The position numbers were made by a program, and so were the translations under genes. From Raillietiella orientalis (taxonomy: Eukaryota): DNA of 64,000 bases. Below, one piece after another: positions 27,001-38,800 of the stretch; within the stretch, counting starts at the first letter, position 1; every line of letters starts with the position of its first letter. The stretch lies in the NCBI GenBank assembly GCA_036172245.1, contig JAYWIR010000036.1, positions 1,984,001-2,048,000 of the forward strand, given 5' to 3'. The notes below the pieces were generated by a model. The model was not told the origin of the DNA. It saw only the letters and a program-made list of their open reading frames with translations, and ran no database searches.

Positions 27001-27155
27001 GATTGCTCTAAAACCTCGGGTTCTATGGTATTTAGCAATGTTGCTGCAATGGTTATGTGAGCAAGCAAAAGAAACAGGTATTTTTTATGTTGGTTGCAAA
27101 ACGGTGTTGAAAGAAAAGCTTCTTTTTTTCCCCCCTTATTTCTTTCGCAGACGCT

Positions 27156-27549
27156 TCACGACTTCTCGAGGATGGACGAGATCACCCGCACGTGCAGGAA
27201 GAGGAGCCCCAGGAACGTCACTTTCGTTGCGTCTTCGCAGTGCTTCCTGGGTGCTTCCACATCTCTGACCATCTCGCAGATCAGGAGCACGAAATCCCGG
27301 ATGTTGAAGTCGTCCACCCGGAGGAACAGCCTGTATAAGTGCCGCACGTTCGCGATTCCCTTGAACTGAAGGCCCACCCGCATGCTCGAGATCATCCCGG
27401 GAACGCGCTCCGCTCTGCCCGCCATCCGAGCGTTCTTTTAGAAGCTCCAGAACTCAGGAGAACGGAACTGCCTCTTGACTCTGGTGTTCAACAGCAGCTC
27501 CAGCTGGAGGATCAGCAGCCGGCGGGCACTGATCGTCGCCAAGGCCATA
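27156..27549 (-). pseudogene. unidentified coding-like frame of ~130 codons with one in-frame stop
   Basis: MALATISARRLLILQLELLL...FWSF*KNARMAG...LYRLFLRVDDFNIRDFVLLICEMV...ILEKS*; single TAA at 27438-27440; third codon positions are mostly G/C. Confidence 0.5.
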
Positions 27550-27799
27550 TTGCCGGAAGGCTTGGGAGGAGGGTGATTTGAGCCGACCCACCTCTCCCCA
27601 CGCAACAGCCGCAGCGGACAGAGAGAGAAATGAACGCAGTTAATTCTCCAGCGAGCAGATGGCGGGATATGTCTCCTGAGGTAGAAACCGCCCCGTTTGC
27701 TTAAACGGTGCTCCCACAGCGGGGGCGGTGCCGCGTGAAGGGAGAGGTTTGATGGATTTGAAAATCCCATGAAGAAATATCCATATATCAGCACATCAC

Positions 27800-28500
27800 C
27801 GAATCGCTGCGAGGAGGCGACTCGTGGCGACGTTGGTGGGGATTCCTGATTGCCCCAAGCTGATGATGGCGATCGGGCCAGTTCGGTCGCGGGCGTGGGC
27901 TCGCAGCTGCTACCGTCAAGAACGCTGCGCTTTGTTGCTAACGGGGCGCGTCGTGACCCGCGGCATCGTGACCTGCTCGCATACTAACGGTGCGAACGTA
28001 GCTGCGAGAGTGCGGACCGAAAAAAGGCGCCCCCTGTTCCTTCCCTTCCTTTCCGTCCGTGCAGGCCTTCAGTCGTGAGGACCAAGACGAGCAGTCGGTT
28101 GCTTCCCAGAGGGTTTTTGTCTCCCGTATCCCCGCGACAACTGCTGGCATGATTTCTCTCAGGTGCAGCAGCACTGAGCCTTGCAGGCCGAGCGTGGATT
28201 TGGAAGCTGTGGAGCAGGCGTGGTGTGCCGTAGAAGAAGATTACGGGCTGGTCGGTGTCGCAGAGGCCGCGCCGCCTGCTTGCCGCCGCATGCAGACTCT
28301 GCCGCACACCTCGTCACATCTCGACTGCCGAGAAACCGACGGGCCACCGACGGGCGCGATGCTGGAAGAGGAGGAGTCTGCATCGCCCCCGTGGCTTCAG
28401 GTCCTGCAACCAGGAACCGTGCTTCGAAAGAGCGAGAGGTGAGCGCGCCCTCTGAGGGGAGTGTCCTTGCCTTGCCGTGGGCTGGTCGGACGAAGAGACC
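27800..28500 (+). mobile_element. decayed non-LTR RT N-terminal fragment
   Basis: Ordered remnants VGIP, GIVT, RRPLFL, SQRVFVSR and VDLE..AWCAV..DY. Confidence 0.5.
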
Positions 28501-29149
28501 ACTTTGACCTCGTTCGACCTCAACCCAGCGTTTTTTTTTTTTTTGTCTGCGTTGTTTTCGTGCAGGCACGCAGAGGGAAGGAAGCTTTTGCGTGCGTGCT
28601 GCCACCGTTCCGCGCACGCCGTGCGCAGCAGAGAGGCGCCGCTGGTGCCGCTCCCACGAGATGCACCGCCTCACCTCGTGCGGGCCGAAGAGGAAGAAAA
28701 CACCCCTCTGGATATGGCCTCGAAGGTCTTCCGTCGCGAGCCGTCAGCGAGACTCGGAGTCCCAGGAAGCGTTTCGGACCGAAACCGGGACGGCTGAGGA
28801 CCGGACGACGGATTTCAGGCTCTTCATCAGCTGACTTTACGAATGCGTGGGACCTCCAACAGCCTTTGCCCGCGGAAAGGCCTTCGCGCTGCGCCGGGGC
28901 CGCCCGGCCTGAGGGAAAAAAGACATCGCCGCCTGCCGCAAGAGACGTCGGAATGAAGCCTTGCGGAAGAAAGCGCGATCCGAGGGAGTTGCGGCCACCC
29001 GCGACCACGGCATGCTCCCCCCTTGGGGCTGAAGGTTTCCAGCACGAAATCCAAGAGTGGGGCAGGGCGGCGGATGCCCGCTCGCCGTCACGGCGAGGTC
29101 ACCTGGCGGAAACAGCTCGCAAGGACGCCGAGCACACGGCGCTTTTTTT

Positions 29150-29550
29150 TTCTTTTTCTTTTTTTGTTCCGGGGGAGAGGGTGGGGAGCAAGGGCGAAGT
29201 CTTGGTGCTACCCTCCCCCCCCCCGCACACCTGGCAGCAAACAGCGGGCACCTTCGCTCAGTAAGTGCTACATCGAATGGCGGAGCTGCAGGTCTGGCGG
29301 CAGCGGGTCACAGGGCGAGGAGAAGAATCCTTTTTCCTGGTGATGAAGATGGATGTGAGGGAAGTTCGTTCGTCCTCCCCCCCCCCTCCCCCTCCTGGAA
29401 GCCGATTTCTGCTCTGGGAAACATCACAGCAGATGATACCGCTGCCATGGATCCCATCGGCCGAGGGCCCGCGGAGTCTCATGATTGAGTAGTGGGAAGC
29501 AGGTGAGCCTGCTGGGAGAAGAGGCGAGCGGATCTCTCCCAGACAGCCTC
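29150..29550 (+). mobile_element. decayed LINE-type RNase H fragment
   Basis: AELQ followed by IPLPWIPSAEG, resembling AEL...IxLxWIPSHxG. Confidence 0.4.
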
Positions 29551-30979
29551 GCGGGCGTCGGGAATGGAAGGAAGTCAGGTTTCCCCTTCGGGACGCCCGG
29601 AGGAATGGTTCCCATGCGACCCTTCCCGGTTCCCATCCTCCCTTAAGCGACACACGACGTGCACACGAGCTGAACTCGCACCGCGGGTGACCGTCATGTA
29701 GATGTCGGTTCCGAGTGGACAGTCGGTCGCCAACAGATCTCTTCTTCCTGCTGCTGGCTGCTCCATGCCAACGATCCGCGCCCGACCATGCCGTGCACGA
29801 CAAGGTCCCCGTGCATCGGACTGCGTCCCCATTGCTTCAGTAGAAATGCGAAGAGCGGATTTTTTTTTTTTTTTTGCGTCTTTCATAGCACGCGGAGCGG
29901 TGCGTTCTGCTTTACTTATCTGGTGGTGGTGGTGGCTCCCGGCCAAACGGAAACGGGCGAGTCCCGACAGCTCTCTGCAGCATCTCGGAGCCGAGGCTGC
30001 ACGGCTGCGTAAGAGCATCATCCACTACGACCGACGGACGTCTTTCACAGTTCACACGAGTCACTTTTGAATTCGGCAGAATTCCACAGATAAGAGGAGG
30101 ACAAGCTGCAAATGCGTTGGCAAACAGGATCCCGAAACGACGAGATGGCCGTCAGAACCAGATTGGTACTCAAGTGCACGTGCTTGCGGAAGCACGCAAC
30201 AATGTAACCTGATCTCAGAGGTGCCAGGCTCCGATGCATTCCGACGTTCGGAATAAAGGAGCAGGCGAACCGTGGTCTTGTTCCTTCGGATCAGCAGTGT
30301 TTACCAAAAAAAAAAATCCATATCCAGAACACTAGTGCCGTAGGTGTTTTGTGCTAATCATTTCCTCGTGTCCTTTGGAAGAAGAAAGAAGAAATCCGCA
30401 CGTCTGGCAAATCAAAGTTTGTGGCTGCTTTAATCTGGACGTTGATGTAAAAAACATGGACGCAGGAGCGAAATTGTGATGCAAGGAACCCAGCTAAAAT
30501 GCTGTTTGGATGAGGTTCGTGTCAGCCAAAAAAAAATAAGAATAAGTAAATAAAATAAAATAAATCAGGCTATTGTCATCGTGGTTGTTGCTTCATTTAC
30601 TTTATTTTGATTGGAAGTGCTGCACACAACAGGAATATATGCGGACTCCTGAGGGAAAAACACGAGTAGGTTTTTCTTTTACAGTGATTGTGAAGACGAG
30701 CTATTGTGACGACAACATTCCTCATACGCAGAAGTCGTCTCACCATGGTCATAAAAACGGAACGCCACGCCGTGCAGAGACACATCTGCACCTTGCAACA
30801 AGTGCACTGCACGATTAGGAAAAACACTTTCGTGTCCCAAAGGGTCCTCCTTCCCGACTCGGAGAAGTTCATGAATCCACGAGGGAAAAAGCCACACGTC
30901 GGATTCAGAGGACTGCCTTTGTGTGTGTGTGTGTGTTTTGTTTCCTTTCCTTCCCCCTCCCCTCCCCCCACCCCCCACT

Positions 30980-33300
30980 TTTTTTTGCTGTCACCCTTCT
31001 TCAGAAAATTAAACGAATTTCGGATTCATGCTTAAGAATCCATGTTGAGATGATTGTTAGCGTACAATACATACAATTCATTATCAGATGTTGAAATTTG
31101 AAGATTGGTGCCACTTTATAGGATGACGTCTCATATTGTGTCAGAATTGTGAGCGTCTCCCTACAGTGTTTGCACATATACATACTTTCACTTCTTCACA
31201 TATATACCACTAGTTCTATGTATCCCTTCCCTCCCCACTTCGTCCCTCCCGATTGTGCCGACTCGAAGACGACGGGAAGTGGAGTGAAGGGGGTGGTCGG
31301 TGCCTGCAAAGTCCGGCTGAAAGCTCGCTACATCAAAGGCTCACCCTCGCCGCCCCCGGCTGGGCAAACGGCGGAGCGCAGCGGCCAGAAACCGGGTGCA
31401 GGCTTTGGATGGAACGGAGGAGGAAAAGCAGCGCCGGATCTATAGGCGGAAGAGTTCGTCCGTCGGCGGGGTACGGGACGCCGGGAAGGGCCAGGCGGTA
31501 CCGGAAAAACGGCCCAGCCGTGCTGGCGGCGGCCCGCGGAACGGAAGCTGCCGCTCAAGGGTCACCCGACGCCACTGCATTCTCGGCTCATCAGCTGAGC
31601 GAGGGAGGTGAAACTCGCCGCCGAGGGTTCGCCGCGCTGGCTTTGGAGGGAGTCCCACTGCGCGCGGACCGTGGGCGCGGACTTCGGGTGCCCATGGGCG
31701 GGTCGCAAAAGCCGGGCAGTCGCCGCGGAGGTCACACGGATACGGCGGGAAAGCGATCCGCGGAACCCGCCTCCCTACAGGACTCTCCTGGGCAGCTAGA
31801 GCACCCAAATTCAGGTGGACGGGGCTCCTGCAGACGGGAGGGCGTCAGGGACATGAGGAGGAGGCCCATGAGGGAGCCGTGGGCGTGCGCAGCGGGACTA
31901 CATGCCGCCCTGGTGCATCGTCCTTCCATTCATCGGTGGAGTCCCTGGGAGACAGACGAAAATCTTCCTCTCCTTCATCCTGAAGCGCCGCCAAGGCCGG
32001 AGGCGTCGAGGTTCCAAGGCCTCGCCACAAGCAGGCGCTCCTCCCGCTAGGAGGAAGGTGCGGATCGCAGACGAGCCACCAGAGATGGACGACGCAGGAG
32101 GAGCTGGCGTAGCTCTCGGAAAAAGGAGGTGTGGAGGATCAAAGGGGATGCAAGCAGCAGCCTCACGAAGAAATGCAGCAGCAGTAGTAACGGCGGCGGC
32201 GGCAGCCGGGCAACTTTTGCCGCGGAGAGAAGGGTAGAAGCGGCGGCGGAAAGAGGAGGAATCGGGAGCCGGACGCTCTTGTCACTGTCAAAGAGACGAG
32301 GAATGCCAGCACCACCACCAGCAGCAGCAGTAGCAGTGACAACCTTTGCCACGGAGAGAAGAGCAGAAGCAGCGGCGGAACCGGGGTACTGGACGCTCTT
32401 GTTGCTGTAAAAGAGGGAAGAGGAGTGGCAGCGGGGACGTCTGCAGCTGCTGGAACGGAGCACCGGCAGGTCCAGGCAGGCGTTTTCTGGTGAAGTCGGC
32501 CTGAGCCGCCCTGTAGCAGGCGAGGAGGCTGAGGAAGACTGCCCCCGCACCACGAGTACAGGCAGGGAATGACGCGAACAAAGATCTCTCTCGGAATTTC
32601 CGCGGTTCTGTCCAGGCAGAGGGCCACCCGGCTGGAAGGCAGGCGGTCCGAAGCCCTGGGCCCTGGCGGGCAAACGCTGCGGCGTATCCGGGACCTCGGT
32701 GAGCCCCGCTTCCACGGCTGCCGGCTTCTGCATCGTTACCGCTCGTCCTTGGACAGCCTCCCTTCCCGGGCAGTAGGGGAAGAGGGAGGCTGCCCAGCGA
32801 CCCCGAGTTGGTCCCTCGAGGAATCTGGGAATCCTGGGGCGTCGTTGAGTTGCCAGCTGTTTGGCGAAGGGTCGCGGATGCTGACGTGGATGAAACCATG
32901 GGGGCGGACGGCCGCCAGCAAATCGGCGCCGACCCCCGCGAGGAGATGACGCTGCCGACGTAAGAGGGATGCCTCCAGCCTCCCGAGCCGTACCGCCTGG
33001 AAGACGTCTCTCCCCGCGCCACGCATGCAGATCTTCTGCTTGGTCGCCGGAAGGAATTCCGTGAACCGAGTGACCGGAGGCTGAAGTGACGTGAATCCCG
33101 GAGATCCTTCCCGGGAAGAAGACCGGAAGACCCGTGCGCCGCGCGTTCGGAAGGCGGAGCGACCACGTCCCGGCGGGAGTCGAGGCCCAGCACGGGGAAC
33201 GCCCTCCTCCCTTGTCTTCCGAGCAGAGCTCCCCTGCACGGGTGTCGCGCGCTACGTTCGCTTTCCGGCCACGTGACCTTTGCAGGAGACTCCGCCGCGA
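30980..33300 (-). mobile_element. internally deleted L1/Tx1-like element (ORF1 remnant, ORF2 3' tip, 3' UTR, short poly(A))
   Basis: DLLAAVRPHGFIHVS and LDRTAEIPREIFV...QPPR plus a frameshifted CYR knuckle; CP...AH zinc-finger remnant near 31670-31720; AT-rich tail ending in an A-run at ~30980. Confidence 0.55.
32174..32415. repeat. imperfect direct duplication (~32174-32296 and ~32321-32415)
   Basis: gcagcagcagtag...ttgccRcggagagaag...agaagcRgcggcggaa...ggacgctcttgtYRctgt occurs twice. Confidence 0.85.
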
Positions 33301-33802
33301 CCTCGTGCCTCCTTAGTCGCCTGGCCGCGCAGGCATCTATGTGGCCACCCCCTCGAGGCGGGCTGACTCCATCCCAAGTCCTCGTACATCCACAGGAAGA
33401 ATCCGGGGATTTTGGCCGGGGGCGAAATCGTCCTTCGCCCCGCGGCACCTGACCCGCCAGCGTTCACAGCCCACCGCCCGGGGTTGGCGCCAGCATTGTG
33501 AGGCTGCTTCGCACCGAAACCGAAGCAGCACCTCGATGAAGGAAGACGACGCGGAAACTGCTCGGGGCGCGACGATCCTCCTCCAGGCAGCCTTCGCGCC
33601 CTCGCACGCACCCCGAGTTCGCACGCGCGATGCAACTCTTTCTTTCTTTTTCTTTTTTTTCGTGTCCGGAGCGCTCAGCGCAACGACGAGAGGTCGCGCG
33701 GGGGGGCAGTCCACGAGTCGCGCGCTCCGCGGCCGGCGAACTATCGACCACACCCCGCCGCCCACCGGAAAGGGGTGCGGAGGGTGTGCGCGCGCGCCGC
33801 CA

Positions 33803-33849
33803 GCGAGGAGGAGGAGGAGGAGCAACAGCAGCAGCAGCAGCAGCAGCAG
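33803..33849 (+). repeat. compound (GAG)n(CAG)n trinucleotide repeat
   Basis: Read directly from the sequence. Confidence 0.9.
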
Positions 33850-36849
33850 TCCGCGCTTGGCCCCTCCGGCGGCCGACCGCCGAGGATGACGACGGCGGCC
33901 GCACCTTACCCCAGCCATCGACCGCCACTGAATTACATTGTCGTACTTTGTAACACGCACTGTGTGGACGCTGACGCCGGCGCGTGCGCGCGCCTCTGGG
34001 TACAGCGGCCAGGTAGGTGAGTCCATCTGCCGGGGCTGCCACCGCCGCCGCACGGCTACGTCGTAAGGTCGATATCCGCGCGGCCGGCATCCGCGGCGCG
34101 CATGCGCGGCAGCGCGCCAGCAGGCCGAGAACAAAGGCTGGGAAAGCCCAGGCTCTCCCCGGACTCACCGAAGGATTCCCCCCTCATCCCACCCTGCGAG
34201 GGAACGGAAAGGAAAGAGAAGCGGCTGCGCTCGATTTTCCGCTTCGTCCCCAAAGGTAAACAACAACCGGAGTGTAGCGCTGGGGGAGTTGGCCGCAGCG
34301 CCGGCAAGGAAGAAGCGAGGGGGGGGGAGGGGACGGAGACAAACCGAGGAGGAGCCCGGGTCGTCCCAGAGCGCGCCCGCCATGTTTGCACGCGTGGGTG
34401 CGCTTCCCGTGCGCGCAGGGGCGGCGGCAAGGTCTTTCTACCACCGCCGGCGGAGGGAGGGAGATCTCTTCCCTGCCTCCTGGTCCATTCAGTCTTTCCA
34501 TTCACGCGGCGGCGACCGCACGCTGCACTTCGTACGTTTCACGCTGCGACGTCGACCGTGCGGCGCGCCGCTCGTTGCTTTCCTCCGCGGGTCACTCCGT
34601 GTCACCGCAGTTTTTCTGTTTTCACTTATTTATTTATTTTTTTTCCGGACCGCCACCCGGACGAGAGGTCTGCCCGTCAAAAAGAGGGTCGAACGGTAAA
34701 CTCGTCCTTCCCCTGCTGCATGTGACACGGGGGCGAAGCGAGGCCCCATCAACAGCTGGACGCGAGCATGACCGGCCGGCCGAAGAGGGGCCAGCGGCGG
34801 TGCGCGAGGCTTCGCGTCCGAGTCGCCTGGCCGCTTTTTATGGCGCCGGCGCGCTACGAAGATTCGCCGCCGCGCATCGGCTTGCTGGCATTCGCACGGC
34901 ATGCGTGAATTATGGTGGGCATGCGAGAGCGGGAGCACCAGCGATCCACCCCCGCACCTCGAATGATAACACACGCGTAATTATTTACGGTAATCAGGCA
35001 TTATTTATTGCGCATTACCGTCCTCCATTTTTTTTAAAAAAAAAACACACACACATTTTTTTGACCTCTCCGAAGGAGCGGACTTCGATTTCCCTCGGAG
35101 CGTGGTGCAGCGGCTGAGCTCCAACGGAACGGAATTGTTTCCGGCCCGCGGCGCCTGCGGAACGCGCTGAGGGGGTCGGACAGAAACGGAGCGAAGATGA
35201 GGTCTCTCGCCGCACCCGGGAGCGGAAAAACTCCTCAACCGAAGACGCCTTCCGGGGGATGGACTTCTTGCAGTCCTGGGCACGGATGGGAGGGGGAGAG
35301 AGGAAGAGGGAGCGATCGATCCTGGAAGCTGCCCAGAGAGGTTTCGTTCGCGCTAGAGAGGGACGCGCGCTCGCAGACGAAGAGCGATCGAGGGAACACC
35401 AAGAACAACAACAACACCGAGGAGGAGAAGCTCCCAAGGAAGAAGATCGCTGCCGATGCGTTCCAAGGTCAACCCCAGCGGGCTGAGTCATCCTTGCTTC
35501 AGATCGTGATCAGACGAGTTTTTTTTTTTTTTTTCGGACATCTTCCGATCTGAAACAAAGGGAGCCTCGGGTGCAGAGGAGCTCCTGGCCGGCAACCCCT
35601 CGAGGTAGCCTTAGACCGGCACGGTTCTCTCGCTCCCTAGCAAACAGCAGACCGAAGGCGCGCGCGGAGGGGGGGGGGAACAGCACTCGCTGCAGCGCGG
35701 TGCTCGCGAACTCTGGACGGTCACCTGTCCTCGTCTGCTTTCGCCCAAGACGCAGCCCCAGCATCCACGCCTGCCCTCGTCCCCCTTGCGGTCGAGCCGG
35801 GAGGAGGACGAGGAGGAGGAGGCGCATCCCTTCCCCCTTCCCCCCTTTATTCCTTTTTGGCTTTTCACTTGCATCCATTCCCGAGGAGGCACCTGCACCC
35901 AGCGCTCGCTCGCGTTCCGAATGGGGCAGGAAGCGCTCGCGGTCTCCGCGCACTCTTTCCCCCGTCGGTTTGAACTGCTGCTGCTGCCGGCCAGACTCCC
36001 GTTTCGGCCGTCCGCAGCCCCTGCCCCCAAAGGTCAGTTCGCTTCCGGTTGCGACCGCGCACGCCAAAGATAAATAAGAGCCAGATACTTCCGAGGGTCG
36101 CTGACCGAGGCGCTGGCACGCAGGGGTGCGTGCGTGCCAGCGCATCCACGCGTCACCCGCGCGACAGCAACGAGCGTGCTGCACGACCTCCAACGCGAGT
36201 GCTCCTTGCCCCCACCCCAGAGGACCGTGCTCCGCGGCCAAACACGCCGGAATCCGAGCCGACCTTGCCGCGCTGAGCCGACGGGACAGGAAACCTCCTT
36301 GAGCACCACGGAGGAATACGCTGGCTGCTGCGGAGGCAAGAAAACCAGGAAGTGAAACGCTGCCCGCCATCTCCTGGGCGAAAGCGCAATGAAACGGAGG
36401 ACGATCCGCGACGAGCTTCATGGAGCAATCAAAAGTGTGCCTGTCAAATCCGCTCTTCCCTGTAGATTTTTCGCCCACCGACGGGATTCCCGTCTTCCCG
36501 TATCCCGAAAGCAGCAAGACGGGGGGGAGGGAGGGACCCGCGAATAAACGGGCGACTTTTCTGGACGAGGTTCCCGCCGCCGTTTCCACGAGCATGCAGG
36601 CGCGCCTTGCCCGGCGCCCTTCATTGTTCTCCTTCGCGCGGTCACCATGACGACGCGGGCTGCAGATGCTGCGCGGCCGGTGCTTTTTTGCGGCTTGGCG
36701 GGAGCCTTCGTGCTGCGAATTTCGAAACCAGGAGATCGCAGGAGATCCCCCTCCCCGCTTCCCAAGAGTCGCACGAGTGGACAGGAGTCGTTCGGTGGTG
36801 ACCCCTCTTCATGTTTCTTTTTTTTTCCTTCCCCCGCACATTTAACACA

Positions 36850-37150
36850 CAAAGGAACACGCAATGACCGTCACGGAATGCATCTGTGCCTCTGACTACA
36901 CCGAGCGTCCTTCCTGGAACCTTCGAATCTACGCGAACGCATCCTTCCTGATCACGTTCTCGTGACCGGTTTCCCTCGAGGGCACCGAATTCCTGGACGA
37001 CGCGATGCACGAAGGGGTGGGAGGAGCAGCTCCCACTCAGGAGCGGTTACTCCCTCGCACTGATTCAGGGCTTCCCGTGGACGAACTCGACCGGCACGTG
37101 ATGATGATGCCCGTAGGAGAAACCTTCTTCTGTTGAGGGGAGTAACCGCC
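36850..37150 (+). mobile_element. decayed RNase H-like fragment
   Basis: HVLVTGFPRGHRIPGRRDA resembles WVPGHxGIPGNExAD. Confidence 0.3.
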
Positions 37151-37879
37151 ACCTCGACTTCTGCAACGCTGTGCTGCTGAACGCCAGCACCCTCCCCCTG
37201 CCAAGCCACTTGGAGCCAAGTTTCAATTTTGACCCTTTTCCGGAACTTTCCGCTAATGGGCCGATCTCGCTGGCAGCCTCAGGCAGACGGCCATTGCAAC
37301 GCCGGGGGTTTTATCGGGAAGTGCAGGAAAAGGAGAGAAAGAAAAAGAACGCGCGCACACGGGAAGCGCTGAATCCTGTTTGCTGCGTATCGAAAGTGCA
37401 GCGCCGCCGCCGCCGCCGCCGGAGCCAACAAGTGGGAGCAGCAAAGTGGCTGTGGCTGCAATGGAGGGAGACCGCTGCATAATTAAGACTTTAGCTGGTG
37501 TGAGGTGTGTTTCGTTCCCCCGAACCCACACGCTTTCAGCATCGAGGCGTAAGTCGCTCCCGCGCCCCTGGGAAAGCTGTCCACCCCCAGGGCTCCAGCA
37601 GGTACATGCGGAAGAGAGGTACTTTCCGCCGTCCGCCCTTGAAAGCGCTGCTTTCTCGGCCCATGCGCTGGGATCGAATGCATCACAACGCGCAGCGGCG
37701 GTCAATCCTCTCCGAGAGGCTCTTCCCTGGAATCGGTTCCGTTTCCTGTTTGTGGAGATTCCTGAGGACAGGGGTGCGGATTTTTTTTTTTTTTTCCTTC
37801 GTGAAAATGTCCCCTCCCCCCTTTTGTCTTATCCTTTCTTGAGGGTTTAATTTCAAGGACGGAACTTTCGGGCGTTCGG

Positions 37880-38800
37880 TTCGTCACGGCGCTGGACCCA
37901 CGTACAGTGGAGGCCAGCCATGTCACTGGTCACGTGGGAATCGGCCAGCCCGCGGATGGAGCTTTTCGCAAGTCCGACAAAGTGGCTTTGAGAACCCCGC
38001 AAAAGTGGCCCACGAGCTGCAAGCCTTCGAGAGCAGCCGTCGCAGACTCCGATCCCGATGCTCTTCGCACGGAGCAAAGGGGGTCGGGGATGCCTCACCG
38101 TTCAAAGTTCAGACCGATACCACTCGGGATGCCACTTCCAGAGAAATTCATTGTGCGCGAGGAACGGAGGGAGCTCAAAACCAAGGCGAGGCAAGCCAAG
38201 GACTCTTTTCAGTCGCCGCACACGCCCGGACTAAGAGAACGTCCACCGCGCAAACGTGCCGTCAACCTGCGCTGATGGTGTTCGTAATTCGAATCGAAAC
38301 ACAGGCAGAAGGGGTGCGCCACTAAGATTCACAAAGGAGGTTGAGCTTCCTCCTCATCTCCGAAGCGCACTGGGTGGAGGCGCTTCCCTGTGCATTACCT
38401 GGTCGTGGTGTTTCGCTCAGGAGTTCCCGCTGGGGTTCCTCGAGACCGCAACTGCCTGCCGATCGCTCATTAACGCACCTGAGCACCGCGGACTCCTTAC
38501 ATTCCCCGATGCCTGCCCGCGTCCTCCTCCGCCTTGGGAAAACAAATCCAAGCCGCCCGCGATGGTTATCTGTGAATATCGTCGTCGCTCTCCCTCCCTG
38601 CCAGTAGCTCCAGTTGCGTTCCTTCAGCTGCCCCCGTTGAATCCATTTCGATCACTCCGCTGGAAGGAAGGCAAGATGCTTCCCTCCGAGAAACACTTTT
38701 GCACCTTGGGTAAGCCAATGAAGGAGGTGTTCCCACTGGTGGTCAGTTCTCTGCGCCGGATGCACGCAGCAGGTTTTACGCAAGCACGGAAAGCGCTCTT
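37880..38800 (+). mobile_element. decayed non-LTR RT C-terminal fragment
   Basis: KFRPIPLGMPL and PLGFLETATA..L remnants; weak. Confidence 0.3.

Noticed and set aside
28185..28240. SVDLEAVEQAW resembling the Tc1/mariner SPDLNPIENLW motif
   Set aside because: The surrounding remnants fit an RT motif order better; no DDE context or terminal inverted repeats seen.
28790..28840. Hammerhead-like CTGATGA...GAAA core on the minus strand (similar cores at ~2399 and ~15222)
   Set aside because: Stems I and III do not form beyond 2-3 bp.
35510..36595. 361-aa minus-strand ORF
   Set aside because: Crosses simple repeats and has no recognisable family or convincing codon pattern.
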